A stretch of DNA of 64,000 nucleotides from an uncultured delta proteobacterium (lineage in GTDB: Bacteria; Desulfobacterota; Syntrophia; Syntrophales; Smithellaceae): the NCBI GenBank assembly GCA_963753975.1, contig CAVWEH010000002.1, forward strand, positions 576,001 to 640,000. The letters run 5' to 3'. Below the pieces are notes generated by a model. The model was given only the letters and a program-made list of their open reading frames with translations, did not search any database and was not told where the DNA came from. Each line of letters opens with the position of its first letter. Within the stretch, counting starts at the first letter, position 1. The translations under genes and the position numbers were made by a program. Of the stretch, positions 32,326 through 42,399 are shown one piece after another.

Positions 32326-33915
32326 ATGACCGCCGATTTATTTGTAATTATTTATGATTTAATCCTCTTTGCCGCCTTCGCTGTTGTCGGATGGATTGTC
32401 ATTGTTACCTGGCGCTGGGGGCGGGCTCCCGGTTCCCGATCACTGATGATCATGATGATTGGAGAAGGATGGTGGACATTATGTTACGCTATCCATCTTT
32501 CGAACTGCATTCGGCCGGAACCTTATTTCTGGTCGAAGCTCATGTTTCTGGGTGTGGTGATGGTGCCCGCGGGATTTCTGGTCTGGGCATCCCGTTATAC
32601 AAAACGCGACGGCTGGGTGACTAACCGCTCTATAAGCCTGCTTCTCATCGAACCGATAATATTCAACATAATTATCTGGACCGATCCCTGGCATAGATTG
32701 TTTTCCGGCAGCTATCCAACAACGGCTACTTTAGGAGTTGCATTCTGGGTACACAGCGCCTATTCTTATATATTGCTTACCATCGGCGGCGTAATGCTTT
32801 TCCTCAACTGGCTGCAGGTAACTGACCCCTACCGGAAACAAGCTTTTCTGGTCTTGCTGGGGTTGCCGATCTCCTGGCTCGCTAATATAATCACTATTTT
32901 CCAACTTACTTCCGTCAGGAATATTGATTTTTCACCATTGGGTTTTTTTGCCGCCGGTGCAATCTTTACCTATGCGCAACTACGTCACCGCCTGTTTGAC
33001 CTTCTCCCGGTAGCCCATCACACAGTTTTAGAAAACATGCGCGACGGCGTTATGGTGCTCGACACGGAAGATCGAATTATTCATCTGAACAAATCGGCAC
33101 AGGAAATTCTGGGTATAAATATCAATGAAGCGCTGGGCGAGGCGGCAGGTTCTGCCCTTCCCGCCTGGCAAAAAACGGAAGTCCAGTCAGCACTCAAAAA
33201 AGATGCGCATGCCGAATTTCTTCTTGAGGTCCCGGAAAAAAGAAATATAGATCTTTTGACGACAGCCCTTTACGACCGCAGAAATCAGCCCTATGGTAAA
33301 CTGGTCATTTTACGGGACATCACCAATATCAAGCATATCGAAAACGCCTTGAGAGAAACTAATGAAAATCTATCGCAGAAGCTTGCGGAAATTGAAGCTC
33401 TGCAGATAAAATTGAAGGAAGAGGCGATTCGCGATCCACTCACCGGTCTCTACAACAGAAGATTTTTGCAAGAAACCCTGAACCGCGAAATTGCGCACGC
33501 TAATCGCGCGGCCATACCGCTTAGTCTGGCTATGATTGATCTGGATCACTTTAAAAAAATCAATGACACCTATGGACACGCAATCGGCGACCTCTTTCTT
33601 ATTACCCTGGGAAATTTGCTCGCCCAGAAAACCCGCAGCAGCGACGTTTCCTGCCGTTACGGAGGCGAGGAATTCGTTATCGTAATGCCCGCCGCCACAC
33701 TTGCGGAAGCCGCACAGCGCATTGAACAATTACGGGTGGAATTCAGCGCAATTAAAATAGATGTCGGCAACGGGAAAATATGCATCACCTTATCGGCCGG
33801 AGTAGCAGGCTATCCTATGCACGGTGATAACGACAAAAGCCTGCTCGACGCCGTCGACCACGCTCTTTACGCGGCTAAAGCCGCGGGACGTAATCGCGTG
33901 GTAGTTGCTCAGTAA
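32326..33915 (+). CDS. Diguanylate cyclase with HisKA-7TM sensor and PAS domain
   Basis: 7 TM helices, DG--VLD PAS, DPLTGLYNRR, RYGGEEF. Confidence 0.9.
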   Translation: MTADLFVIIYDLILFAAFAVVGWIVIVTWRWGRAPGSRSLMIMMIGEGWWTLCYAIHLSNCIRPEPYFWSKLMFLGVVMVPAGFLVWASRYTKRDGWVTNRSISLLLIEPIIFNIIIWTDPWHRLFSGSYPTTATLGVAFWVHSAYSYILLTIGGVMLFLNWLQVTDPYRKQAFLVLLGLPISWLANIITIFQLTSVRNIDFSPLGFFAAGAIFTYAQLRHRLFDLLPVAHHTVLENMRDGVMVLDTEDRIIHLNKSAQEILGININEALGEAAGSALPAWQKTEVQSALKKDAHAEFLLEVPEKRNIDLLTTALYDRRNQPYGKLVILRDITNIKHIENALRETNENLSQKLAEIEALQIKLKEEAIRDPLTGLYNRRFLQETLNREIAHANRAAIPLSLAMIDLDHFKKINDTYGHAIGDLFLITLGNLLAQKTRSSDVSCRYGGEEFVIVMPAATLAEAAQRIEQLRVEFSAIKIDVGNGKICITLSAGVAGYPMHGDNDKSLLDAVDHALYAAKAAGRNRVVVAQ

Positions 33916-33999
33916 ATTGATAAGAAGCCCACTGAATGGAAAAAAGCGTTCAATAATGCCGGGGGTCGTTATTAATTTTCGTCAGGAATCAAAACTTAT

Positions 34000-34215
34000 T
34001 TATGTGTCCCCCTTCGGGCCGAACCAGGGCCTGGTGTTATCCAAAAGATAATCGTCGTCGTTATCGATCATGCATTCCGGACAGAGGTGAACCAGCATGT
34101 TACTTTTAATATGCCGGACAATCAGCAGCCTCGGCCCATTTTGATTGCAGCAAAAGCATCTGTCTGCAACATCCTTTTTATGAAAACGATAGCTTTCTTC
34201 ATCGTAGTATTTCAT
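34000..34215 (-). CDS. Small hypothetical Cys-containing protein
   Basis: CFCC...HLCPEC, 71 aa. Confidence 0.6.
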   Translation of the reverse strand: MKYYDEESYRFHKKDVADRCFCCNQNGPRLLIVRHIKSNMLVHLCPECMIDNDDDYLLDNTRPWFGPKGDT

Positions 34216-34274
34216 AGAGGTTCTCTTTTTGACTTATTGCGAGTGTACCTGAAAGGCATGATTCTTCAAATGGA

Positions 34275-35412
34275 TCAGCAAGCTTGAAGAGGATTTTTTT
34301 TGGACGTATTTATACTGGCGGGAAACGTCAGTACAAACGTCGTCCCTTCTCCTTCTCTTGACGAAGCTTCTATTCCGCCATTGTGTGATTCCATGATTTT
34401 TTTGCAGAAAGTCAAGCCCGAGGCCGGAGCCTCTGATTTTTTCGTCTTTTCCCTTGCAGCGGAAAAAAGGCTCGAAAATCAACGAGAGCTGATCATGGGG
34501 AATGCCAATTCCCGTATCCGATACGTTGACGGTGGTGTAATATTCGTCGCTTTTAACGGTGACGGTTATTTTGCCGCCGGCCGGAGTATATTTTGTCGCG
34601 TTACCGATAATATTCGTAAATACCCTGACCAGGCTTTCCCCATCTCCTGTTATCTCCGGTAATTTTTTGGGGATATTTGTTTCCAGAGAAATGCCCTTCT
34701 TCCGACAGAGGGGGGTCATCTCTTCCACGCTTCGGGCGATAATGGAAGCCAGGCGCAGAGAGACTTTTTGTTGGGCCAGGGTTCCATTCTCTATGCGGCT
34801 GATGTCCAGCCAGTGTTCAACCATTTCCTCAAGACTCTGGATTCGCTTTCTGCATCGTTCAATGATTTCTTTGACATCTTTATCGAAACTCTTTCCCGCT
34901 ATTTCGTTCAGCGCCTCAATGTATTGCCGGATAACGACAAGCGGCGAACGCATTTCGTGGCTGACGAAGGTGATGAAGTTCTTTTGCATCTGATCTTTTT
35001 CTTCTTTTAGTTTTCTTGCTTCTATTCTAAGAGTGCGATGATCCAATCCCCTTTTAACGAGAACTCTTAACTGGTCGGGATTGAATGGTTTGGGAAGGTA
35101 ATCATGAGCTCCTTTTTGCATTGCTTCCACGGCGGAAACAATAGAGGCATAACCGGTAATCATGATAAGAATTATGTCCGGAATATCCTGGGAAAGAATT
35201 TCCATAATCTCCATTCCCGACATATTAGGCATTTTGAGATCAACCAAAGCCAGTGCCGGCTCATGCTGCCTGGCTAGATTAATGCCTTCGATACCCAGTT
35301 CGGCTGTAAGAACGGAATAGCCGCACTTTTCCAGCACCTGCCTGCATCCATCCCGCAGGGCCTCCTCATCATCAATAATGAGAATCAGAGGTTTTCGAGA
35401 TTGATCGGTCAT
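34275..35412 (-). CDS. Hybrid response regulator/histidine kinase, +1 frameshift near 34418 in the G2 box
   Basis: REC domain, SHEMRSP H-box, NA-KYT, DTG-GI, GSGLGL; corrected frame TFCKKIMESHNG...TTFVLTFP ends at 34275. Confidence 0.88.
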
Positions 35413-35414
35413 CT

Positions 35415-35807
35415 CTATTTGCCGCTCAGTTCCTGAGCAACGAACCGGAGAAGATCATCCGCCTTTATAGGTTTATGCAATACTTTGTTGACTTTCGGAA
35501 ATTCCGGGGGAGGTTCAAAGGAATTATAAGGACCTTGAAGATCGACAGCGCTCAGCATGAAAAGGGGTGTATCTTTTCCGGTATCGGTGGCGCGGATTTT
35601 GTTCAGTACGGAAAAGCCCTCGCCCCAGGTTTCCATCATCATATCGATGACGGCCAGGTCCGGAGATATGGATTTCCACATCTCCACGCCGGCTTTTCCG
35701 TCTTCCGCCATAAATACCTCGTATCCGCCCTTTTCCAAAATAAGCTTGGTGGCAAATAAAAAGTCTTTGTCATCGTCTATTAGGAGTATTTTCTTTTTAA
35801 TCGTCAT
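35415..35807 (-). CDS. Single-domain response regulator
   Basis: ILLIDDD, DMMM, KP; GAGGTG RBS before ATG 35807. Confidence 0.88.
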   Translation of the reverse strand: MTIKKKILLIDDDKDFLFATKLILEKGGYEVFMAEDGKAGVEMWKSISPDLAVIDMMMETWGEGFSVLNKIRATDTGKDTPLFMLSAVDLQGPYNSFEPPPEFPKVNKVLHKPIKADDLLRFVAQELSGK

Positions 35808-35844
35808 GATGAAACACCTCCATAATACTTTTGTGCTATATAAG

Positions 35845-35860
35845 AGCAAGGATAATGCCA
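35845..35860 (-). promoter_or_regulatory. Sigma-54 promoter (-24/-12)
   Basis: Minus strand TGGCAT-TATCC-TTGCT matches TGGCAC-N5-TTGCW. Confidence 0.8.
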
Positions 35861-35865
35861 GATTG

Positions 35866-35878
35866 TAACATATTGATT
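35866..35878 (-). promoter_or_regulatory. IHF binding site
   Basis: Minus strand AATCAATATGTTA matches WATCAANNNNTTR; lies between the UAS and the sigma54 promoter. Confidence 0.55.
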
Positions 35879-35921
35879 TATTTATGAATATTAAAAAAGC
35901 TGGGGCGCTAAATTCATTTTG

Positions 35922-35938
35922 AGGGGTAAAATACCCCT
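35922..35938. promoter_or_regulatory. Putative upstream activator site (palindrome)
   Basis: AGGGGT-AAAAT-ACCCCT; same motif as 37481-37519. Confidence 0.6.
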
Positions 35939-35941
35939 AGG

Positions 35942-37294
35942 TCACGACTCTGTCTTTATCCCGTAGTTGCGCAATTTGATCCTCAATGTCTTTCTGTCAA
36001 TGCCGAGGAATTTTGCCGTTTTATTGATTTGAAAACTAAAGTGGCTGAGAGCTTTTTCGATGTGTTCTTTTTCGACATCGACCAAAGTCACCCTTCCCGA
36101 TGAAGAATCCACTACCGGCGCCTTCGCGCCTTCGCCCTGGCCATAGTAAAAGATATCGGATAAATTTACCGTTTCATGGTCACTCAGAACGCACAGACGT
36201 TCAATCGTGTTTCTCAGTTCCCTGACGTTTCCGGGCCATTTGTAGGACAGCAGCGATTTTTTTGCTTCTTCGGACAGACAGCGCACCTTGCTTTTATATC
36301 TCTTTGTGTACAAGTCGAGATAATGTTCGGCGATAGGAAGGATATCGGCCTTGTGCTCCTTCAATGGTTTGATATCCAAAGGCACGACGGAAAGCCGGTA
36401 AAACAGGTCCTCCCGGAATTTTCCCGCCTCTATTTCCAGCCGGATATCCTTGTTGGTCGCGGCAATAAGCCTGACATCCACCTTCTCGGACGATGATTTG
36501 CCGACCCGCGGCACTTCCTGCTCCTGAATTACCCGCAATAATTTTGCTTGAATATTGAGGCTGATGTTGGAAATTTCGTCGAGGAATAAGGTTCCTTTAT
36601 CCGCCATCTGGAAACGGCCGTCACGTGATTCCGTTGCACCGCTGAAGGCCCCTTTGACGTGGCCGAACAATTCGCTTTCCATCAGGCTCTCGGCGAGCGA
36701 AGAACAATCCACCGGGATGAATGGCCTTGCGGCCCGTTTGCTTAATTGATGAATGGTACGTGCGACAAGCTCTTTCCCCGTGCCGCTGCCTCCCGAGATA
36801 AGAACGGTACTGTCGGCCTGCGCGATTCTCTTGATCGAATCTTTAAGCTCTTTCATGCAGTCGCTGGATCCGATCAACATGGGAATATCTTTTTCATCTT
36901 TATCCAGCTCAATCGATTTAAGAGCATTGCCCACCGCGTCCCTGAGTTGACCCGCGGAGTACGGTTTCGTGAGAAAATTGAAAGCACCCTGACGCATGGC
37001 CTCGACAGCCAGCGGTATGGTTCCGTATCCGGTGATAATGATAACCTTCGCCGAAATGTTATTTTCTTCTTTGAGTTTTTTCAGGATATCCAGTCCGCTC
37101 ATTTTCGGCATTCTGATATCCAGCAGAATCAAGTCATAGTCATCCTTTAGCGCCATCTCCAGGCCACAAACAGCCTCTCCCGAACTTTCAACATGATATC
37201 CTTTTCGCGTGAGAATTTGATAACATCCGTCCCGGATGGATTCCTCATCATCAATAATAAGAATTTTCCTGCTCGTTTTCGCCAATTTCTCCAC
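35942..37294 (-). CDS. Sigma-54-dependent response regulator (NtrC/Fis family)
   Basis: REC, G-SGTGKE, ESELFGHVKGAFSGA, FLDEI, WPGNVREL, Fis HTH; GTG start after GAGGA. Confidence 0.93.
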   Translation of the reverse strand: MEKLAKTSRKILIIDDEESIRDGCYQILTRKGYHVESSGEAVCGLEMALKDDYDLILLDIRMPKMSGLDILKKLKEENNISAKVIIITGYGTIPLAVEAMRQGAFNFLTKPYSAGQLRDAVGNALKSIELDKDEKDIPMLIGSSDCMKELKDSIKRIAQADSTVLISGGSGTGKELVARTIHQLSKRAARPFIPVDCSSLAESLMESELFGHVKGAFSGATESRDGRFQMADKGTLFLDEISNISLNIQAKLLRVIQEQEVPRVGKSSSEKVDVRLIAATNKDIRLEIEAGKFREDLFYRLSVVPLDIKPLKEHKADILPIAEHYLDLYTKRYKSKVRCLSEEAKKSLLSYKWPGNVRELRNTIERLCVLSDHETVNLSDIFYYGQGEGAKAPVVDSSSGRVTLVDVEKEHIEKALSHFSFQINKTAKFLGIDRKTLRIKLRNYGIKTES

Positions 37295-37480
37295 GAGTCC
37301 TCTCAAATGAGACTATCCGGAATTCTGTTCAAATAACTGCAATCAGACTGTATTCAGGTCGCCACGTAACGACGAATTGTGAGATTGTTATGCTATTTTA
37401 TATGATTGTGCAAGTGAAAGGTTGGCTCCGCCGGAGATGCTGCTAACTGTTTGTGTTACACCTGGATCAAAAAATCACTA

Positions 37481-37519
37481 AGGGGTAATACGACCCTAAA
37501 AAGGGGTGATATTACCCCT
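37481..37519. promoter_or_regulatory. Tandem palindromic upstream activator sites
   Basis: AGGGGT-AATACG-ACCCT (37481-37497) and AGGGGT-GATATT-ACCCCT (37502-37519), 21 bp apart. Confidence 0.65.
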
Positions 37520-37583
37520 CAGAGCGGCATATATGCTCTACTTAATAGCTCACACATTATGGAAATTTAAGAATAAAATCATA

Positions 37584-37599
37584 TGGCATCAGTATTGCT
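37584..37599 (+). promoter_or_regulatory. Sigma-54 promoter of the flavoprotein-mvhDGA operon
   Basis: TGGCAT-CAGTA-TTGCT. Confidence 0.8.
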
Positions 37600-37675
37600 A
37601 TATATGTGATCCGATATGGTGAGTAGTTAGCCTGAAGCGCTCTATACGTGCCGGAAAAAATGAGGAGGAAACAAG

Positions 37676-39475
37676 ATGTGGGATACCATTAACGTCGGAG
37701 AAACATGTGTGGAACCTGCTATTAAGCAGTTTCTGCCGCCTTGCCAGAAACAATGTCCTGTCAATGAAGATATCCAGCGTACAAACGTACTTATCTCCCT
37801 ACTGCCGGAAGATCCGGCGCAGGCCAAAGATGGATTGATCCAGATCGGGGATTATCTTTTCGAAAATAACCCCCTTTTCCCGATTTGCGGCTACGTATGC
37901 GGCATCTGTGAGATGGGCTGCAATTATCAGAGTAAGGGAGGTGCCATCAGACGCCGGCTACTGAAACGGTTTGTATCCGACTTTTACCTCAATCACTTGG
38001 ATAAGAAAAAAGAATACGATGTCGTCAAGGACAAGGGAAACGTGGCAGTGATCGGCGGCGGTCCGGGCGGTTTGATGTGTGCCTTTCACCTAAGCAAAAA
38101 GGGCTATAGAGTTACCATCTTCGAGGCAACAAATAGATTGGGAGGGGCTCTTTGGCTTATCCCCCACTATCGTTTACCCAAGCTTGTTCTCCAGAGGGTC
38201 ATTGAAAACATTCTGAGAATTGCTGCTATCGAAGTAAAATACAATTCCAGGATCGGCGAAGGGAATCTGACTCTCGAAAAACTCAGGAAGGACGGATACA
38301 AAGCAGTGTTTATTGCCAAAGGCACACCCGCACCAAGGGTGCTTACATTTGGCCTGGAATTTGTGGAAAATCAGGATCTGGAAGGCATCGTGTACGGGCA
38401 GACATTCCTATACGAGATCAGCCGCGGAATCCTGATGAGAGATTACCTTGGTGGTAAAAAGGTTATTGTCATAGGCGGCGGCAACGTTGCCTTCGACGTG
38501 GCGCGATCAGCCAAGAGATTGGGAGGTGATATCACCGTAGTTGCCCTCGAAAGTGAGGACAAGACATCGAAGGACGGCATTCCTGCCGATCATGAGGAGA
38601 TCAGGGGCGCATGGGAAGAGGGTATCAGAATCATTTATTCCCGTGGGGTAAACAAAATACTGGGTAAAAAAGGACAGTTTGCTGGTATCGTATCTCCTAA
38701 GTGCACCCATGTCTTCGACGAAAAGGGCAGATTCAATCCCGCTTTCGACCTCAATGATGCGATCACCATAAATGGCGATATACTTATCATCACTGTGGGG
38801 CAGATTGCAGACAAGGATTTTCTGGAAAAAGAAGGCTTTCTTGATGAATACGGCCGGCTGGTTGTCGATTCCCTTACCCTCCAAAGTAATATCAAAGATT
38901 GGGTCTTTATCGGCGGCGATGTCCGAAAAGTTGGCTTCATGGTGAATGCCATGAGGGAGGGACAGGAAGCGGCGGAGTCTATCGAGCGTTATCTCAAGGG
39001 TCTGGACATCAAGGCAGGCAGGAAAAGGGAATACGAAGGATTCGATATTCCCCAGTTGAAAGATGCCGATTACAAACATGAACCCGATGTCGTGTGGCTT
39101 CCGCCGGACAAACGGATACACTTTCAGATGTACGAAAAAGGGTTTAGCCTCAAAGAGGCCATCGATGAGGCCAAGCGCTGCCTCTGCTGCGGCCCGTGTG
39201 TTTCCTGCAGGGCGTGCGTATCAATAGGCATTCAGGATGAACTGCCCTCTGTCGTCGTTCACGAGGACCTTTGCAGCGGCTGCGGTATCTGTGTTTCCTC
39301 CTGCCACTACGGCGCGGCCCAGCTCAAAGCAGTAAACGGCCACCTGGTATCCTCAACGGACATGTTCAAATGTAAGGCTTGCGGTATGTGCGTATCTGCT
39401 TGCCCGGCCGGAGCCAGGGAGTTGACCGGGTCCGACATGGAAAAGCGCATCTTGGAAATCTATGCTTCGCTTTAA
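37676..39475 (+). CDS. GltD/NfnB-like FAD-dependent NAD(P) oxidoreductase with C-terminal 2[4Fe-4S] ferredoxin domain (HdrL-like fragment)
   Basis: PPCQKQCP, CGYVC--CE--C, GGGPGG, GGGNVAFDVAR, EAKRCLCC, two CxxCxxCxxxC motifs. Confidence 0.8.
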   Translation: MWDTINVGETCVEPAIKQFLPPCQKQCPVNEDIQRTNVLISLLPEDPAQAKDGLIQIGDYLFENNPLFPICGYVCGICEMGCNYQSKGGAIRRRLLKRFVSDFYLNHLDKKKEYDVVKDKGNVAVIGGGPGGLMCAFHLSKKGYRVTIFEATNRLGGALWLIPHYRLPKLVLQRVIENILRIAAIEVKYNSRIGEGNLTLEKLRKDGYKAVFIAKGTPAPRVLTFGLEFVENQDLEGIVYGQTFLYEISRGILMRDYLGGKKVIVIGGGNVAFDVARSAKRLGGDITVVALESEDKTSKDGIPADHEEIRGAWEEGIRIIYSRGVNKILGKKGQFAGIVSPKCTHVFDEKGRFNPAFDLNDAITINGDILIITVGQIADKDFLEKEGFLDEYGRLVVDSLTLQSNIKDWVFIGGDVRKVGFMVNAMREGQEAAESIERYLKGLDIKAGRKREYEGFDIPQLKDADYKHEPDVVWLPPDKRIHFQMYEKGFSLKEAIDEAKRCLCCGPCVSCRACVSIGIQDELPSVVVHEDLCSGCGICVSSCHYGAAQLKAVNGHLVSSTDMFKCKACGMCVSACPAGARELTGSDMEKRILEIYASL

Positions 39476-39504
39476 TGCGATATACTTTGCATAAGGAGGA
39501 CAAT

Positions 39505-39900
39505 ATGACGGAGTTCACCCCCAAACTGGTATGCTTCTCCTGTAAGTTCGGGTGGGGTTATCTGAACACCAACGGCTATGAGAAACAGTTGAAAAACCTT
39601 ATTCCGGTTACCTGCAGCGGCAAGGTGGATACCACCCATATCATCGATGCCTTCAAGGAAGGGGCAGACGGAGTGCTTGTTCTCGGCTGTCCCGACAGGG
39701 AATGCCATTTCCAGACCGGCAATTACCAGGCAAGGAAGAGGATTCTGCTGTTGCGTAAAGTCCTTAAGGAATTCGGCATCGATCCCGGACGTCTGAAGAT
39801 TGCATTAAGTATAGACCCTGAAGGAACCCAGATCCCTGTCGTCATTGAAGCAATGAAAAAGGAGATTAAGAGTCTGGGGCCGTTAAGGTCTGCGGTGTAA
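39505..39900 (+). CDS. mvhD: Hydrogenase iron-sulfur subunit MvhD/FlpD
   Basis: PK---F-C, CSGK, GADGV---GC----CHF--GN, GI---RL. Confidence 0.88.
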   Translation: MTEFTPKLVCFSCKFGWGYLNTNGYEKQLKNLIPVTCSGKVDTTHIIDAFKEGADGVLVLGCPDRECHFQTGNYQARKRILLLRKVLKEFGIDPGRLKIALSIDPEGTQIPVVIEAMKKEIKSLGPLRSAV

Positions 39901-39954
39901 AATCGAAAGACAAAAACCGTAACAAAAAGTCTCAAAGTTAGATCGGAGAATATT

Positions 39955-40926
39955 ATGGCAGAAAAACCCAAAGTGGCAATTTACTGGCTGACGGCCTGCG
40001 GCGGCTGCGACGAAGCAATTGTGGATCTGAACGAAGCGATACTCCTGGTTGCCGACGCGATTGATATCGTACTCTGGCCGGTCGCTATGGACTTCAAGTA
40101 TGAAAGCATCCGGAAGATGAAAAAGGGCGAGATAGCGCTGGCCATCCTGCATGGGGCTGTACGAAATTCAGAACAGGAAGAAATGGCTAAATTGCTGAGA
40201 GAAAAATCGCAGCTCGTGCTCGCTTTCGGCGCCTGTGCCTGCTTTGGAGGCACCCCGGGACTGGCGAATTTCCGGTCAAAAGAAGACATTTTCAACTGGG
40301 TCTATCGGGATGCGCCGACAGTGGTAAACCCGAAAAATAACCGGCCGCAGACCGTATTCTCAGTCAACGGGAACAAGCTGACCTTGCCGGAATTCTTTGA
40401 CCGGGTTCATCCGCTACGCGATATCATCGATGTGGACTATTACCTGCCGGGATGCCCGCCGCCGCCGGATCTTATTGCCAATGCAGTGTTTGCCGTCCTG
40501 GAAGGCAAGTTGCCCTCCAGGGGTGCCACGCTGGCACCGAGCAAGCCTCTATGCGACACCTGCTCCCGGAATCAATCCAAACCGCAAAAGATAGAAATCT
40601 CGGAATTTAAAAGGATACACGAAGTGGAAGCAAAGGATGATCTGTGTTTCCTGGCGCAGGGAATTATCTGCCTGGGACCGGCGATCCGTTCCGGCTGCGG
40701 CGAAACATGCATCAGGACGAATGTTCCCTGCCGGGGCTGCTTCGGTCCGGTTGATGGTGTGGACGATGCCGGCGCAAAATTTATCTCCGGGCTTGCTTCG
40801 CTCATCAGTGCGGAAACTGAAGAAGATGCGCAGAAAACCATCGACGGAATTGCTGATCTGGCCGGTTACTGCTACCGTTTCAGTCTCCCTTCCGCATCGC
40901 TGAAACATAAAAATAAGGAGAAGTAA
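39955..40926 (+). CDS. mvhG: [NiFe]-hydrogenase group 3c small subunit
   Basis: YW--ACGGC, G-CA--GG-PGLAN, LPGCPP, C-GP--R-GC, CRGC-GP. Confidence 0.85.
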   Translation: MAEKPKVAIYWLTACGGCDEAIVDLNEAILLVADAIDIVLWPVAMDFKYESIRKMKKGEIALAILHGAVRNSEQEEMAKLLREKSQLVLAFGACACFGGTPGLANFRSKEDIFNWVYRDAPTVVNPKNNRPQTVFSVNGNKLTLPEFFDRVHPLRDIIDVDYYLPGCPPPPDLIANAVFAVLEGKLPSRGATLAPSKPLCDTCSRNQSKPQKIEISEFKRIHEVEAKDDLCFLAQGIICLGPAIRSGCGETCIRTNVPCRGCFGPVDGVDDAGAKFISGLASLISAETEEDAQKTIDGIADLAGYCYRFSLPSASLKHKNKEK

Positions 40927-40928
40927 AC

Positions 40929-42389
40929 ATGGCGCGAAAAATTACAATAGATCCCATTACCAGGTTGGAGGGGCATGGAAAAATAGAAATTCTTCTCGAC
41001 GAGAAAGGTGAGGTAACGGATGCCTTCTGGCAGGTTACTGAACTGCGTGGTTTTGAGCGCTTCTGCCTCGGCAGACCCGCGGAAGAGATGCCGAGAATCG
41101 TACCGAATATATGCGGGGTATGCCCTTCCGCGCACCATATGGCTGCCACCAAGGCCCTCGACGACCTCTACAATGTGGAGCCCACGCCTGCCGCACGGCT
41201 GATCAGGGAACTGGAATTTAACGCCTTCTATATTGAGGACCATTATATCCACTTTTTCTTCCTGGCCGCCCCCGACTTCGTCGTCGGTCCGGACGCCGAT
41301 CCAAAAGAGCGGAATATCCTTGGCGTCATCGGCAAAGTGGGGAAGGAAATAGGGCTGAAGGTCATTGAGGTCAGAAAAAGAAACCGGGATATCATACGGC
41401 ACATCTTCACCAAGGCGCCGCACCCGGAAGGCGGGCTCGCCGGTGGCGTACCGCGGGGATTTACCGAGCAGGACCGCAAATGGGTGAAAGATACCGCTGT
41501 ATTTTCTCTCGACTTCGCCAAGTTCGCCATTCAGCTATTCAAGGATGTCGTGCTGGCAAATAAGTCTTATGTGGCTCTGATCCTCAATGATGCCTACAAA
41601 CTGAAGACTTACTACATGGCCCTGGTGGATGAGAACGACCGGGCTACGTTTTACGACGGAGTGGTCAAAGTCATCGATCCGGAAGGCAAGGAATATGTGA
41701 GATTCGCCCCCCGGGACTACGATAAGTATATCGGCGAATGGGTGGAGCCGTGGACCTACATCAGGCTTAACCATTTAAGGCAGCTTGGCTGGCAGGGACT
41801 GAAGGAAGGAAACGGCACATCGCTCTACCGTGTCGCCCCCCTTGCTAGGCTTAACGTAGCCGATGCCATGCAAACCCCGCTGGCACAGAAGGAGGCGGAG
41901 ATCATGTTCGATACCCTGGGAGGAAAACCCGCTCATCAGACACTCGCCACCCACTGGGCGCGCCTCATCTGCGCGTTACAGGCGGCGGAAAACAACGTGA
42001 TCATCGCAGATGAACCTCAACTTACCAGCAAGGACATCCGAAACATGAACCTCAAACTGAGAAACAAAGGCGTAGGCTGCGTGGAAGCTCCCCGTGGAAC
42101 GCTCTTCCATCATTACGAAACCGACGATAAAGGCATCCTCACGAAGGTTAACCTCATCGTAGCCACGCAGAATAATGCCGCTCCCATCTGCCTGTCGGTA
42201 AAAAAGGCCGCCAAGGAATTCGTCCATGGCCCGGACGTGAAAGAGGGTTTCCTGAACATGGTGGAAATGGCCTTCAGGGCTTACGATCCTTGCCTCTCCT
42301 GCGCCACACACTCTCTGCCGGGGACAATGCCTCTGGATGTAAAGATCAGAGATCATGAAGGCAAAGTAATCAGGGAGATCAGCCGCTGA
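40929..42389 (+). CDS. mvhA: [NiFe]-hydrogenase group 3c large subunit
   Basis: TRLEGH, ICGVC, EAPRG, RAYDPCLSCATH plus C-terminal extension. Confidence 0.88.
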   Translation: MARKITIDPITRLEGHGKIEILLDEKGEVTDAFWQVTELRGFERFCLGRPAEEMPRIVPNICGVCPSAHHMAATKALDDLYNVEPTPAARLIRELEFNAFYIEDHYIHFFFLAAPDFVVGPDADPKERNILGVIGKVGKEIGLKVIEVRKRNRDIIRHIFTKAPHPEGGLAGGVPRGFTEQDRKWVKDTAVFSLDFAKFAIQLFKDVVLANKSYVALILNDAYKLKTYYMALVDENDRATFYDGVVKVIDPEGKEYVRFAPRDYDKYIGEWVEPWTYIRLNHLRQLGWQGLKEGNGTSLYRVAPLARLNVADAMQTPLAQKEAEIMFDTLGGKPAHQTLATHWARLICALQAAENNVIIADEPQLTSKDIRNMNLKLRNKGVGCVEAPRGTLFHHYETDDKGILTKVNLIVATQNNAAPICLSVKKAAKEFVHGPDVKEGFLNMVEMAFRAYDPCLSCATHSLPGTMPLDVKIRDHEGKVIREISR

Positions 42390-42399
42390 GAACAAATTT

